Shown here: positions 7,392 through 17,924 of the stretch, piece after piece
How positions within the stretch are numbered: position 1 is the stretch's first letter
Layout: each line of letters begins with the position of its first letter
Origin: a virus
Lineage: Duplodnaviria > Caudoviricetes
IMG/VR virus record: IMGVR_UViG_3300022697_000115
Span: 1-36,046 of that record
Strand: one strand, 5' to 3'
Length of the DNA stretch: 36,046 nt
Position numbers and translations under genes: made by a program
The notes under the pieces: model-generated
Told to the model about the DNA's origin: nothing
What the model saw: only the letters and a program-made list of their open reading frames with translations
The model's database searches: none

Positions 7392-9242
7392 TTATAAATG
7401 CTTAATAACAGTAGCTCTAAACGTCCCATTAGCGGGATTTAAAGTGCCAGTACTCGCATTCCAAAACCTAATTGTCACAGTATCAGCCGCAGAAACAAAT
7501 CCCCAGTAACCACAACAAGCCCCCGGAACCGACGCGTTAGGAACGCCTAAGATTACATCGTTACCGTCATCTACTACGGCCCCGTTAACAGTTATGGTCA
7601 AATCAGAATGTTCTTGGGTTAGCGTGCTAGGAAAGTCTAATGTAGCTTCGGCGCTTATAATATGATTAACAGTTGTTAGCGACCCTGCGCTAGATTGAGG
7701 GCCAATTATTAATCCAGTATGACGCAGGTTAAACTTATTAAGCTGTGTCTGAGCTGTGCCTGTTATTATGGGGTTTCCAGACGGCTTGACCATGTTAGAT
7801 ATGATGGTCCCAGACTGAGAGCCAGTTAACTCAATATCAGTCGTGTTATTTTGATAAAATCCGCCGATGTCATTATTGTTTCTGCTTGTTGTGACGCCGA
7901 CAGCACATATCTCAATACGGCCACGAATGACAGAGCCATCTGACTGTAGATTTATACCGATTGGACAAGCATCGATAGCGCCATAAAATAATAGCTCCGC
8001 ACCTGTATTAGCAATATCAATTCCTATCGCAGCACAGTTAGCAATAAAGCCACCTTGGACCAATATTCCAGTGACAGAGGATAGGGTGCGAATCCCAATA
8101 TCGGCACTTCGGATGTTTGTACCTAGGATGTGGGGCAGGATTATCGAGTCGCCAGTCCCATCTAGTAAAACCCCAGTTGCCCCAGTCTTTTTAAAACTCT
8201 TTATACCACAATTAATAATATGAGGATGATTCATTCGGCGAATACGTATAGCGCCAAGAGATTTGTCTTGCAAAGCGCTGTCGTCCTGAAACCCAATTGA
8301 TTCAATTCTGGGGCCGCCATGTATTGTTGCTGAAGCGCTCCCGAAATCGAATATGTAAATTCCTTTGTCAGTTACTAATTCGGTTGCTCCCGCTGTGGTT
8401 GTGGCTGATGTTCCATATTCCCCTTTCCCCTCCCCAATTATATTAACGTTGTGTTTCGTGGAAACGATCGCAGAATCAACACGACCCTTACCCGCTGAAT
8501 AATTAATTGTACCGCCAGATATTGGCATCGAGCTATGGCAATTATTTAGCGCGCTACTTATATCAAGCAGTGCTGTTCTGTCTTCATAATCTTTTATTTC
8601 GGCCCCAGTCATAAAACGAAATATATGGCCATACTGGTACTGCATATTTACTACACCGTTTTCTACGGACTTAGGGGGGTAAAATTGCTGCTGAGAACTC
8701 GTTAAATCAACCGCAGGACCAACTTGCGCATTCGTCATTGCTGCATTAAGGCTGCCGCCTGAATCGACTACAACCATCACCGTTGTATCAGTTACAAATG
8801 CTGACGAAAGCACGGTACCATAAACATTAGACCCGCCCGTTAATTTTACTCTGCGCCCCGCGTGGTACTTGGTTGTTTGATCTATACCAGAGATGGTAAA
8901 TGTGGTTGTTGATGTGCGTGTCGCGGCTTCGGCTTGACTCCATAAGTCCGCATCAAACCCTAAATCTGATACTGGATTTGCCGGGTAATTTGGCTGCGTA
9001 AATCCATTTTTATCGGTAAGTTCAACTGAGTATTCCCCTGGCTCATAAAATATATCTCCAAACTGTCCTTGATCATTTGCAACAACCGGATTTGTATTCT
9101 CTTTGCCTGCGGTTAGGTTCTTGTCAGTAAATGTGTCTTTTAATTTATTCGTGGACGCATCTCGGAAATATAGCAAAGCCCCTGGCAACGCCTTGAAATT
9201 TGCATCATTAACGGATTGATAAGGTAAAACGAAGCGGCCCAT
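7392..9242 (-). CDS. Tailspike / receptor-binding protein with beta-helix
   Basis: N-terminal particle-binding-like domain (LLYF...NTNPVVANDQGQF), pectin-lyase-like GI repeats, P22 gp9 position. Confidence 0.8.
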   Translation of the reverse strand: MGRFVLPYQSVNDANFKALPGALLYFRDASTNKLKDTFTDKNLTAGKENTNPVVANDQGQFGDIFYEPGEYSVELTDKNGFTQPNYPANPVSDLGFDADLWSQAEAATRTSTTTFTISGIDQTTKYHAGRRVKLTGGSNVYGTVLSSAFVTDTTVMVVVDSGGSLNAAMTNAQVGPAVDLTSSQQQFYPPKSVENGVVNMQYQYGHIFRFMTGAEIKDYEDRTALLDISSALNNCHSSMPISGGTINYSAGKGRVDSAIVSTKHNVNIIGEGKGEYGTSATTTAGATELVTDKGIYIFDFGSASATIHGGPRIESIGFQDDSALQDKSLGAIRIRRMNHPHIINCGIKSFKKTGATGVLLDGTGDSIILPHILGTNIRSADIGIRTLSSVTGILVQGGFIANCAAIGIDIANTGAELLFYGAIDACPIGINLQSDGSVIRGRIEICAVGVTTSRNNNDIGGFYQNNTTDIELTGSQSGTIISNMVKPSGNPIITGTAQTQLNKFNLRHTGLIIGPQSSAGSLTTVNHIISAEATLDFPSTLTQEHSDLTITVNGAVVDDGNDVILGVPNASVPGACCGYWGFVSAADTVTIRFWNASTGTLNPANGTFRATVIKHL

Positions 9243-10894
9243 TATTGTGTTCCCTTTTGTTCTGGTTGTGCGCTATCTGTCTCGATCAAGGCCGGCAATG
9301 AAATAGCCGCCGATCCAGCTACGACCTTTAAAATTCTATTTCCTTTTGCTATTTCAGCAGCCTCACGAGTTAGTCTGTTGCCTGTATTTAATAGGGGTTC
9401 TAAATCTATTTCAGGCCTGGCAAGCAATTCCGATAACTCCGCCGATGATCTTTGATTTTTAGGAAATCTTGACAAGTATGACGCCGCTATTTTCTTCGCG
9501 TCTGGCCCGGCTCTCACAATGATGTCGGCCAACTCGGCATTGTTGCGCGTAAGTTTTTGTGCAAGCTTACGAGATAGCTGGCCCAAGACAGGGACCGCTA
9601 TAGCACCAGGCGCCCCGAATACTGCGCCGCCAACCGATGCGCCAACTAACCCGCCCAGCACGTTAGTGGCGTGACCTTCAGAAAACCCGAGTCTGCCAAT
9701 AAGCTTGGCGATATTAGTTGCGGTAGTGCCTCGGACAACGTCCTGCATAGCATTAATCTCTTTAGGCTTAAAAAATCTTGATTTCTTTTTGTTATTTAAT
9801 ATAGATCGAAACTGAACGACAATACCATTTTCAAATCCACTAGCTTGATTTTTTGCTTTTTCAAAAGATTCGCTGATTAGCTCTGATCGTCTTGCTCGGC
9901 CCCAGAGCCCCCTGGCCACTTTAAACTTTGGGCCTATTTCAGCAACCTTCACGCCCGCGCCTTGAAAAGCAAGCGGGGAAACTTCGTCTAGAAAGCTGTC
10001 GATATTATCAATGACAATATTTCCTAATCTGGCATCTGCCGGCTCTAATGCTGACGCCGCACTTTGCGCGAGCTTTCTTAGGTTATCTATTTCGGTTAGG
10101 TTCGGTGTCGCGCCAACTTCGTTCTTAAGTCTCTTCAAAACCTTCGCTGTTTTTGGCGTTATATCTTCATCAAATCCTGACTTGCGTACAGCGCTTTCAA
10201 TTTTATTCACCATGCCTGCAAAAGGTTTTTTTCTCAATGTCACTCCCGAGTCATCAAGCTCCTTGTAAACTTTTCGTGAAACATCCTTTAATTGATCTAT
10301 ATCAGGCGCAGACTCTACGATTGCTTTCTGAACACGCCTTTCTTGAGATGCAACCTTTGTTTTGTTAGCGCCTTTTATTACGCCCTTCGCTGAAGCAAGA
10401 CCGATTATTTCTAGTAAAGCTGTTGGGATAGATTTTGCCGCTGCAGCTAAAGCCGGGCTTCCTGTTGACTCAAACGCCTCATCTCCTAAAAATGACTCGG
10501 CTTCACTTAATGCGCTTGCCACCGGCTCCATTACATCGGAAACAGCTTGCAATCCTTTTTTACCGGGCTCAGTTTTTGGTTTGAAGGTTAGGCTCTCTTT
10601 GACGCTTTCAACGGCCTTGGCTCCCGAGCCTTCCTCAGAAAACGGATTAAGCGACTGAATAATGCCGGCAATGCCTGCAATCGGCTCGGCTATGGCCCCG
10701 CTAATTAATGTAGCGGCAGGCTCAATAACACTGGCACCGGGAAAGTCTAACTCTGGTGTAGGATCAGAAACGCCAGAAGAAATATTATCGTCAGCACGTC
10801 GTCTAGGGGCATTTTTATTCTCCGCAAATAGGTCTCTACCTTTGGGCGCTACTGGGGCGGATATGTTAGCAAATAAGTCTCGCCCAGCCATCAC
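9242..10894 (-). CDS. DNA ejection protein (P22 gp16 position)
   Basis: Ala/Gly-rich helical protein with duplicated GRDLFA motif; gene order. Confidence 0.65.
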   Translation of the reverse strand: MMAGRDLFANISAPVAPKGRDLFAENKNAPRRRADDNISSGVSDPTPELDFPGASVIEPAATLISGAIAEPIAGIAGIIQSLNPFSEEGSGAKAVESVKESLTFKPKTEPGKKGLQAVSDVMEPVASALSEAESFLGDEAFESTGSPALAAAAKSIPTALLEIIGLASAKGVIKGANKTKVASQERRVQKAIVESAPDIDQLKDVSRKVYKELDDSGVTLRKKPFAGMVNKIESAVRKSGFDEDITPKTAKVLKRLKNEVGATPNLTEIDNLRKLAQSAASALEPADARLGNIVIDNIDSFLDEVSPLAFQGAGVKVAEIGPKFKVARGLWGRARRSELISESFEKAKNQASGFENGIVVQFRSILNNKKKSRFFKPKEINAMQDVVRGTTATNIAKLIGRLGFSEGHATNVLGGLVGASVGGAVFGAPGAIAVPVLGQLSRKLAQKLTRNNAELADIIVRAGPDAKKIAASYLSRFPKNQRSSAELSELLARPEIDLEPLLNTGNRLTREAAEIAKGNRILKVVAGSAAISLPALIETDSAQPEQKGTQ

Positions 10895-12153
10895 TGACTT
10901 ATCCTTTCTAGGACTTGCTGGCGGGTCACTCCGTGTATTCTCATGGTTTCAGTAACATCCTCCTCAGTCACGCCAGGTGGCAAAGAAGTTTTTGATTGAG
11001 ATTGTACGGCTGACTGAGTGGAACTTTGTGGGGCTTTTTGCGCTGACTGCCTACGTTGTAGCTGTATCCATTTCGCCGATGTATTCCCAGGTTCGGATAA
11101 AAATATAGCCTGGTCCTCAAGGTAGGTCGCTAATTTTTCCTGTGCTGAAATTTTATCTTCGGTCCATTTAATTAATTCTGGGCCCTGAAGAGCGTTCGGT
11201 AATGCAGTGCTTAACGCCAAAGTTAGCTCTCCCTCGGAAAGCGCCCCGAAAGTAACTGAGCCGACAACATCCAGCCCCAGCTTATTACGTAATTGGTTGA
11301 GCCGAACCGAGGCCGCCCTAAAGCTAGGTAGTTTACTGGATAAAGGCCCCGTGTCTGCACCGGCCTTGACTTCTCCAATAACTTTTTTAAGTAAAAGGTT
11401 GTTTCTTCTTAAGCTCGTGACTTCTTTCGACGCGGTACTGGCAGCCTTTGCGGCGTCTTTACCTAACGTCCTTCCTTGCGCTCGTTTCTGCTGCAGGTTT
11501 ACACCTCTGTCTTCAGCATTTCTGATTATTTGAGCTGACGCCTGCTCGGGGGAGATAGTTTCGACTGCCCCGCTTTTTCTGACGATTTGAACCACGCCGC
11601 CCGGCATCATAGAAGATGACTGAACTTCGTCTGCTCCGCTACTATCAAGTACTGCTTGTTTAGATTTAACGCGCTGCAACTCAGTCAACGCCGCTGCACC
11701 AAGATTTTCTAATGCGCCGTCTAGAGTTTCAGGATTTTGACCAAGTAAATCCATTGTGCTAGTTGCGTCTCGACCTCCTTTGATAAGAGATTCAATACGC
11801 CTTTTAATTTTTACAATTTTTTTCTCTGGATCTTTAGTGTTTCGGACGTCAAGAGCAAAGTCCGCCGCTTCCTGTTTTTGCTGTTGGCTATTTATTCCTA
11901 GCCCCTTAAGTAATTTAGTCGCAAGCTCTGGATTGTCGGCAAACATGCGAAGCTTTGAATCTTCCTGTGATTCATTTTCTGGCGTAACCGAAGGAACGCC
12001 GACAGCACGTTGCCGAGTAGAAAGTTGCGATTGCTGCTGCTCACGCAAAAGGTTCTTGTTCTGCTCATTTTGGAAAGCCTGGCGAACTGAAAGACCCTGC
12101 CCGACAGCGCCCAGTATATCGGGACCGATAGGACTAAATTGATTACGCGGCAT
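10891..12153 (-). CDS. DNA ejection protein (P22 gp20 position)
   Basis: Gln-rich helical protein with GALSEGE motif; gene order; start chosen at MPRNQF. Confidence 0.65.
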   Translation of the reverse strand: MPRNQFSPIGPDILGAVGQGLSVRQAFQNEQNKNLLREQQQSQLSTRQRAVGVPSVTPENESQEDSKLRMFADNPELATKLLKGLGINSQQQKQEAADFALDVRNTKDPEKKIVKIKRRIESLIKGGRDATSTMDLLGQNPETLDGALENLGAAALTELQRVKSKQAVLDSSGADEVQSSSMMPGGVVQIVRKSGAVETISPEQASAQIIRNAEDRGVNLQQKRAQGRTLGKDAAKAASTASKEVTSLRRNNLLLKKVIGEVKAGADTGPLSSKLPSFRAASVRLNQLRNKLGLDVVGSVTFGALSEGELTLALSTALPNALQGPELIKWTEDKISAQEKLATYLEDQAIFLSEPGNTSAKWIQLQRRQSAQKAPQSSTQSAVQSQSKTSLPPGVTEEDVTETMRIHGVTRQQVLERISQ

Positions 12154-13006
12154 TGGATAGTACCTCGTAATCAACGGTTAAGTAGCCGTACTCATCATAC
12201 CGAACCGCCTGTGGGTCATCCTCATACACTTCTTGAGCAATGACTCCCTCAGATGGTTGGTCACCAACTAGTAATTTTGCTTCTTCAGTCCAGTCCCACG
12301 TATACCAATTGTGGCCGTTAACCTCGCCAGTTTTTACAATATTTTCCTTAAGTCGGACATCTGAGAAAAAGGCTGCAGCGAGACCAGCACCGGTTTGTAT
12401 TGTATTTGACTTGGCTTGCTGTTGCGCTTGTATGCCTGATGCACGTTGCTGTGCACCTTGCTGTATTAATCCTGTGACGTTATTCGCCGTATTTTGCCCA
12501 AACTGGCTAACGTCACGCGTAGCAGTTTGACCGGTACCGGATATACCTGCGAGACGATTTAAGTTAGTGCCGAACTCAGTTGATGCGCGATTAAATGCAT
12601 TTTCTTGTAGAGCTGTGCGGATATTACCGCCACCTAGTCCACCAATTGCCGATGCGTTTCTTAATAGCGCTCTTTCCTGTTGATCGCGCAAAAACGTTTG
12701 CCCCGGCGTACGCTGAAACGCATCAATTGCTGCTTGCTGTTCCTCGGGCGTGCCAAATCCAAGTAGCGCTTGTTGTCGCCCAAGTGCAGACAAGCCCGCT
12801 TCTCTAAAGGGTCTAAAATTTCCTTCGGTGATATCAAATTGACGACGTTGCTCGGCGATTCCTTCGCGAGTACCTGCTAAGGACGCTTCGCTGGCTTTTG
12901 CAGACGCCTTTCCACCAAAAATATCAAGCGGATCCTTGAGTGGGCTATCATCTGTTTCTGCCACAGCGTCCTCTGCGCCAGGTAAAAAAAAGTCATCTAT
13001 AGCCAT
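12143..13006 (-). CDS. DNA ejection protein gp7-like with C-terminal peptidase S74-like chaperone domain
   Basis: TPGQTF...ASAIGGLGGGN gp7-like region, then SDVRLKENI...GVIAQEV...P.AV...GYLTVDY. Confidence 0.75.
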   Translation of the reverse strand: MAIDDFFLPGAEDAVAETDDSPLKDPLDIFGGKASAKASEASLAGTREGIAEQRRQFDITEGNFRPFREAGLSALGRQQALLGFGTPEEQQAAIDAFQRTPGQTFLRDQQERALLRNASAIGGLGGGNIRTALQENAFNRASTEFGTNLNRLAGISGTGQTATRDVSQFGQNTANNVTGLIQQGAQQRASGIQAQQQAKSNTIQTGAGLAAAFFSDVRLKENIVKTGEVNGHNWYTWDWTEEAKLLVGDQPSEGVIAQEVYEDDPQAVRYDEYGYLTVDYEVLSNAA

Positions 13007-13347
13007 TAAAATTCAATCCCGGTTGCGCGAAATGCAATAGTATTTATGGTTGATACCTTGACTTGTAATGTACCTCCTGCCGGTATCAAATGATTTTGTG
13101 GCTCAGCGGGCACATCGGTACCATTGGTGGCGGCTACCGCGCCCGCCGGAACAATCTTGTTTGTTGAGTCTGCACTCCCACCATTTGGGACTATGTGTAA
13201 GTCATAGGTTTCAGGGCTGGCCGAATCATTGCTCGCAGTAAAAGCAATAACACGGGTACCTGCCCCGGATGATGGCGCGGTGTATAGCGTTTGCAATGCG
13301 GTCGAGGATGGTCGTACGCCGTCTGCAAGTATTTTATTTATAGACAT
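13006..13347 (-). CDS. Virion structural protein (beta-rich)
   Basis: TLYTAP...motif; coupled within the tail operon. Confidence 0.65.
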   Translation of the reverse strand: MSINKILADGVRPSSTALQTLYTAPSSGAGTRVIAFTASNDSASPETYDLHIVPNGGSADSTNKIVPAGAVAATNGTDVPAEPQNHLIPAGGTLQVKVSTINTIAFRATGIEF

Positions 13348-13348
13348 G

Positions 13349-13699
13349 CTAATTCACTCGTAATTTTAGGTCGTCAATTTGTGCCTGCAGTTGCGCGATT
13401 ATCGCACTAACAGGCGTTACACTTAACATTTCAATCGTTTCGATACGTGCAATCAAATCCTTCTCGCTAGTATCAGCAGGATAAATACCCAACTGAATTT
13501 CAATATCGTCTAGTCTTTTATTGATCGCGGCAACCTGTCCAACTGACAGATTAATGGACGACGAGTCAATTTCTGTATCCGATACAGTTTCGTTTACCTG
13601 CCCGGCGCTTTGCTCAAGATACTGTACAAATCGCAGACTCGGCCTGCCATTCTCGTCGATAATCGATTCATCACGCCTTGGCGCTATAACTTCACCCAT
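13349..13699 (-). CDS. Coiled-coil tail protein (gp26 tail-needle position)
   Basis: Heptad pattern; follows the gp10-like gene. Confidence 0.55.
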   Translation of the reverse strand: MGEVIAPRRDESIIDENGRPSLRFVQYLEQSAGQVNETVSDTEIDSSSINLSVGQVAAINKRLDDIEIQLGIYPADTSEKDLIARIETIEMLSVTPVSAIIAQLQAQIDDLKLRVN

Positions 13700-15116
13700 A
13701 GCCTTGCTCGATCACTGCGTCCGTCCGAATTAGATTACACCGGACCGGATCAGTTTCGGTAATTCTCACAATTCGGTGTGAGGGTACGCGACCATTGCGG
13801 CGCCACGTTGGAATTATGTTATATTCCCCTTTCCTTCCAAACGATCTAGATTTCTCCGGGGTAAATGTTCGGGCTCCGTTGTCAGAAAAAGACATTCTGA
13901 TTCGAGGGTTATCGCCCTGGCCGGTCGTTAACCCAACACCGGACTCTATTGTTAATTTAATCTCTGGCCAGTACTGCGAATTTCCGTCAACAATGAACGG
14001 CTGACTAGTTCTTTCTCGGTAAATAATTAAGTCGTATTCAGAGTAAACGTCGCTAAGATATCCAATTCGCCCATCAACAGCATCACCACACAGTAACTTG
14101 TCGTAAGCGTAAACTATTGAGTTGACACGCCAGCTGCCCGTTAATCCTGAGCGCATTTGAAACCATTTTTTTGATGTGGCGTTATAACAAAATGTTTTTG
14201 ATTCAATGGCCGTCGAGTTAATTGTAAAAGCTGCAATGAACTGACCGCTTACCGTATAAGTAAACGAAAAAGCATCTGCAATTTCGTCACGAGTAAATTT
14301 TTGGATTGCGTTATCGATGGCGTCCGTTGATAATTTTTGCGCCGATTGGCTGCTAACCACCCGCCATATAGCTGCTTTCTCATTTTTACCGCCACCAATA
14401 AACAAAAATGTATTGTCAAAATCAAGCGGACTAAATTTCGCATAACATCCCTTTTGTATGTTGGCTCCTGGTATGCGGCGGAAGGGGAAGCCAGAGCCGC
14501 CAACATTTTGAAACACTTCTATTGATTCTTCGCCTAGCACAAATAATTCGTTGTGACTGACGTGCTCAGACACAATCAAATCCGGGTTGATTTCTGCCGT
14601 GCCAAAATCCAAGGGGTCAATGTTCGAGGGATCATTCAGTTCAGAGTTAAAAAATACCGACCCATCCGACGCTGAGAATACAAAATAGCCATCCTTATAA
14701 ACTACAATGTCTGACAACCTAAAATCAGGATCAGTTATAGGCTCAGTAGTTGTGCCGTTATAAACATAAGCCGTAGATCCGGGAACAACGATACAGAGCT
14801 TCACCCCGTTCGTAGCCATCGATACTCTGCCTGAGCCCGTAATCACTCCTAATGCAGTAGATACCCCGCTAGAATCCTGTGAGTACAGAGTATTGCCGTT
14901 AACGAAATACGGCACCTTGGCCATTTTTATCGAGCCGCGATTAGATCCAGCACCAGCACTTCCGAATGTAGATAATGATTGAGGTGTCAACAGCGAATTA
15001 ACCGCTAGTGCGCCGCCTTCAGTAATCGCCGGGATCCAGTTAATGCAATTCTGTGACGATATCGGTTTCGAATCGCTTTCGTAGAACCCTGAAAATATAT
15101 CGAGCTGCGTTTTCAT
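13692..15116 (-). CDS. Tail hub / packaged DNA stabilization protein (P22 gp10-like)
   Basis: DGYFVF, TAEINPD, SIEVFQN, GEY...WRRNG motifs; 474 aa. Confidence 0.85.
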   Translation of the reverse strand: MKTQLDIFSGFYESDSKPISSQNCINWIPAITEGGALAVNSLLTPQSLSTFGSAGAGSNRGSIKMAKVPYFVNGNTLYSQDSSGVSTALGVITGSGRVSMATNGVKLCIVVPGSTAYVYNGTTTEPITDPDFRLSDIVVYKDGYFVFSASDGSVFFNSELNDPSNIDPLDFGTAEINPDLIVSEHVSHNELFVLGEESIEVFQNVGGSGFPFRRIPGANIQKGCYAKFSPLDFDNTFLFIGGGKNEKAAIWRVVSSQSAQKLSTDAIDNAIQKFTRDEIADAFSFTYTVSGQFIAAFTINSTAIESKTFCYNATSKKWFQMRSGLTGSWRVNSIVYAYDKLLCGDAVDGRIGYLSDVYSEYDLIIYRERTSQPFIVDGNSQYWPEIKLTIESGVGLTTGQGDNPRIRMSFSDNGARTFTPEKSRSFGRKGEYNIIPTWRRNGRVPSHRIVRITETDPVRCNLIRTDAVIEQGYG

Positions 15117-15547
15117 CAGAAATTAGCTTTGTCTTTTTCCTCGAAGAATTTATCATCGTAATAATCGTGGCACTCGTTACCCGTTCCCTTGGGTAAAGTG
15201 CTGGGCATATCAACATCGCTTAAATCAGATATCGCTATTAACATCATTTGCATACTTAGTTTTGCTGACGCCGCAAGTGCTGCGCTTACAGGTTTCGAAT
15301 ATTCTGGGCACAAAATAACGGCTAAAGCGTCGGTTACTGCCATATTCGAAAACCTTGGTATTCTTACAGACTCAGTTACTTCAGAGATTGGCGAAAACCC
15401 AAAGTGATAAACAGGCTCCCAATTGCTAAGCATATCGTTAAGCAATAAACGGCCGTCCTCTATTTCATCAGATTCGAGCGGTGATTCAGCCGCACGTATC
15501 CCGGCGCGGGCGAATGCTCTTCTTATGATGTCTATTCCAGACGCCAT
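15116..15547 (-). CDS. Head-to-tail adaptor (P22 gp4-like)
   Basis: DIIRRAF...LNDMLSNW...LPKGTGN motifs; position. Confidence 0.8.
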   Translation of the reverse strand: MASGIDIIRRAFARAGIRAAESPLESDEIEDGRLLLNDMLSNWEPVYHFGFSPISEVTESVRIPRFSNMAVTDALAVILCPEYSKPVSAALAASAKLSMQMMLIAISDLSDVDMPSTLPKGTGNECHDYYDDKFFEEKDKANF

Positions 15548-15699
15548 TATTTACCGCTTTGCTTAGGCTTCGAGTCCTTGGGCTTGGGTTGCTTAGGCTT
15601 CGAGTCCTTGGGCTCCCAGCCATGCTCAGAAGCGTAGTTAACGCTAGCATCCGTGTCGTTTAACTCGATCTCTGTGCCGTTTGGCTTTACATATAGCAT
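15547..15699 (-). CDS. Small protein after coat (50 aa) with duplicated PKDSKPKQ
   Basis: MLYVKPNGTEIELND...; stop overlaps the gp4 start; 26-bp direct repeat at 15559-15584 and 15589-15614. Confidence 0.65.
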   Translation of the reverse strand: MLYVKPNGTEIELNDTDASVNYASEHGWEPKDSKPKQPKPKDSKPKQSGK

Positions 15700-15713
15700 G
15701 ATATTTACCTGGT

Positions 15714-15737
15714 AAAACGGGAGCATAAGCCCCCGTT
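15714..15737 (-). terminator. Terminator-like hairpin after the coat gene
   Basis: AACGGGGGC-TTAT-GCTCCCGTT-TT on the minus strand. Confidence 0.55.
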
Positions 15738-15765
15738 GGTTATAGCAGGATGACTCAGGTATTAA

Positions 15766-17040
15766 TTACCCGTGACCTTGGCCTGCGAAGAATGGGTTTA
15801 GCGTTGCATATGCTGGACGAAAATCAAATCTAACTTTGTTATTGTTTTCTAAAAATCCTACACCTTTGGATACACGTATTTGCAAACCGTCTTTCGACGT
15901 TGCAAGTGTATCTGTAGAGTGCAGTTTCTTAATGGGCACTGAACCAACTGAAAAAGCGTTTTTGTGCCAAAACAAGTTAGGCTGAATAACATCGCCCGCT
16001 GATCCTAGTAACGTTACAACATCGCCAGAGACTGCAGCGGTAGCCGTTGTATTGTAAGCGCCTGTTGCTTCGTAAATTGCCGGACCGGTTATTACGATGT
16101 TACCGGTACCGGTACCGCTCAATGTAACGCCAGCCGTGACGGTCCCAGTGAACAAAACATTTGCACCAGCGCCGTTAACAATCGGCTTACGAGTAGACAA
16201 GTTAAGACGATTACGGCCTGTAATCTGTATTGTCTCACCAGCCGCTATAACCAAGTTCGCTTGGAACCCCGCTAACGCTAACGTCTGCGTCATCGTATCC
16301 TTAGCGCCTAAATACGTAACAGTAGGATTGCCGGACAATGTGCCAGCACGATCAGCGCCCGTTGCAATAGTAAAGCTGTCAAGGGTGGTGGCGGCCAGCA
16401 CTTTCATGCCTGCAAAGTTTTCGGTTAAGATCGCCTTGCGATGAGATTCTGAAATTATTCCGCCCGCAGAACCACCCGCACCCAGGCTACGTTGTACGCC
16501 TGCTAGTGTTGACTGCGTGTATGGGTTAATCGCATAACACCAAGGCATATCTGATGGAATGCCTGAAGCGCTCATAACGGCCCCGGCTTCAGCGACATGG
16601 GCCCACGTACTAACATAACTACCCGGCGTGCCCGCTAGAAGCCCGGTATTCTTCATCATGTATGCGGCAAAATCTATTTCGAAATCGGTAACAATGCGGG
16701 TGGCCAATGGAGCAAGAAGCTGGTCTAACTCATCCATTTTTGTCGCTTCATCGGCTTCGTCATAATCAACAAATGCCGTGAAATAATCCTGGACAACACC
16801 TTGCGCTTTACCGGTAATGATATCGGACTTTGTCGCCCCTGATACGTCACCGTTCGAGGTTCGAACCGACGTGTAATCATTGGCTCGCTTAAAGTCTACC
16901 GTGTTGCCTGTATCAGGCTTAAACTTACCATCAAGTAATTGAGTATTTACGTTTTTAGATAAAACGCGACTGCTCTCAAAGGATTTCATAAAACCCTTCG
17001 CAAGTTTTCGCGTGAAATTGCTATCAAATGAATTTGCCAC
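15766..17040 (-). CDS. Major capsid protein (P22 gp5 coat family)
   Basis: ANSFDSNFTRKL..., NLFWHKNAF, VRFDFRPAYATLNPFFAG; Sf6/P22-like. Confidence 0.9.
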   Translation of the reverse strand: MANSFDSNFTRKLAKGFMKSFESSRVLSKNVNTQLLDGKFKPDTGNTVDFKRANDYTSVRTSNGDVSGATKSDIITGKAQGVVQDYFTAFVDYDEADEATKMDELDQLLAPLATRIVTDFEIDFAAYMMKNTGLLAGTPGSYVSTWAHVAEAGAVMSASGIPSDMPWCYAINPYTQSTLAGVQRSLGAGGSAGGIISESHRKAILTENFAGMKVLAATTLDSFTIATGADRAGTLSGNPTVTYLGAKDTMTQTLALAGFQANLVIAAGETIQITGRNRLNLSTRKPIVNGAGANVLFTGTVTAGVTLSGTGTGNIVITGPAIYEATGAYNTTATAAVSGDVVTLLGSAGDVIQPNLFWHKNAFSVGSVPIKKLHSTDTLATSKDGLQIRVSKGVGFLENNNKVRFDFRPAYATLNPFFAGQGHG

Positions 17041-17049
17041 AAAGCTCTC

Positions 17050-17814
17050 CTATTCGTACCTTACCCCGTCGGCCTCCTGATCAATAACTGCATTACCAGG
17101 CTTTATGGTTTCAACGGGAGCGGGCGCATTGGTTTTTTCAGTAGTTTTTGTCGTTGCAGTTAATCTACCTGCAATTTGACCCAATTTAATTGCAGCCATC
17201 ATAGGCGAGGCGCTAGCGATTTCGTCTGCAACGTCGAGATGTTTACCAAGGTAGTGGGCCATTTGCGGACCATTCTCCATTGACATAATTGCGTGTAACG
17301 TCTCTTCCTGAAAAATTGGAAGATTTTTTATATCGTTATCGTAATCAGGATTTTCAGTAATGTACTTAGCTTGCTTAACATTAAATCCATCTTCACGATC
17401 TCGCCTAACGTTATCATCTTTGGCTCGACTTACATCTTGTGCTTGCCGTTCGAAACGCTGGTCAACTCTGTAATTGACTAAAGCTTCATTAAACTTGCTC
17501 TCATCAAAATCAAAGTCTTCGAGCTTTGGTTCGCCGCTTGACACTTGATTTTCGGCGGAGTTATTCGCTTCCTCAAGTTCTTTTAAGCGTTTTACGGCAG
17601 CATCAGCACGCTGTGTCTCTGCATATTTCTGGGCTGTAATCTTGCTTATGCGATTGTTTACAGCTTCTTGAGCTGCATCAGGTAACGCATTTTGTGAGGG
17701 AGATGATTCCTCGGTCGCTTTAGGAGTTTGGTTTTCGTCTTGTGGAGTGGTGTCAGATTCGTCACCCTCCAAAGAATCGAGAACCGCTTCATCTGAAACA
17801 GTTTCATCGGTCAT
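17050..17814 (-). CDS. Scaffolding protein
   Basis: Acidic coiled coil with PKLEDFDFD and GPQMAHYLGKH; lies between portal and coat; GAGG RBS. Confidence 0.8.
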   Translation of the reverse strand: MTDETVSDEAVLDSLEGDESDTTPQDENQTPKATEESSPSQNALPDAAQEAVNNRISKITAQKYAETQRADAAVKRLKELEEANNSAENQVSSGEPKLEDFDFDESKFNEALVNYRVDQRFERQAQDVSRAKDDNVRRDREDGFNVKQAKYITENPDYDNDIKNLPIFQEETLHAIMSMENGPQMAHYLGKHLDVADEIASASPMMAAIKLGQIAGRLTATTKTTEKTNAPAPVETIKPGNAVIDQEADGVRYE

Positions 17815-17869
17815 TTTTTTAGCCTCTAAGGAGTGATAGCCCACACTAAGTAGTGGTCAACTTATCGCA

Positions 17870-17897
17870 ATAATAGCAAATAATTTTTTAATGGCAA
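17870..17897 (-). promoter_or_regulatory. Possible internal promoter for scaffold/coat
   Basis: TTGCCA-16-TATTAT with TG extended -10 in an AT-rich gap. Confidence 0.4.
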
Positions 17898-17924
17898 CTA
17901 TTTTGTAATTTTTGACAGAGAGGG

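Noticed and set aside
7392-9242. Diversity-generating retroelement or invertible tail cassette
   Set aside because: No reverse transcriptase, invertase or template/variable repeat pair was seen
15559-15614. 26-bp direct repeat as a CRISPR or regulatory element
   Set aside because: In-frame duplication encoding PKDSKPKQ in a small ORF
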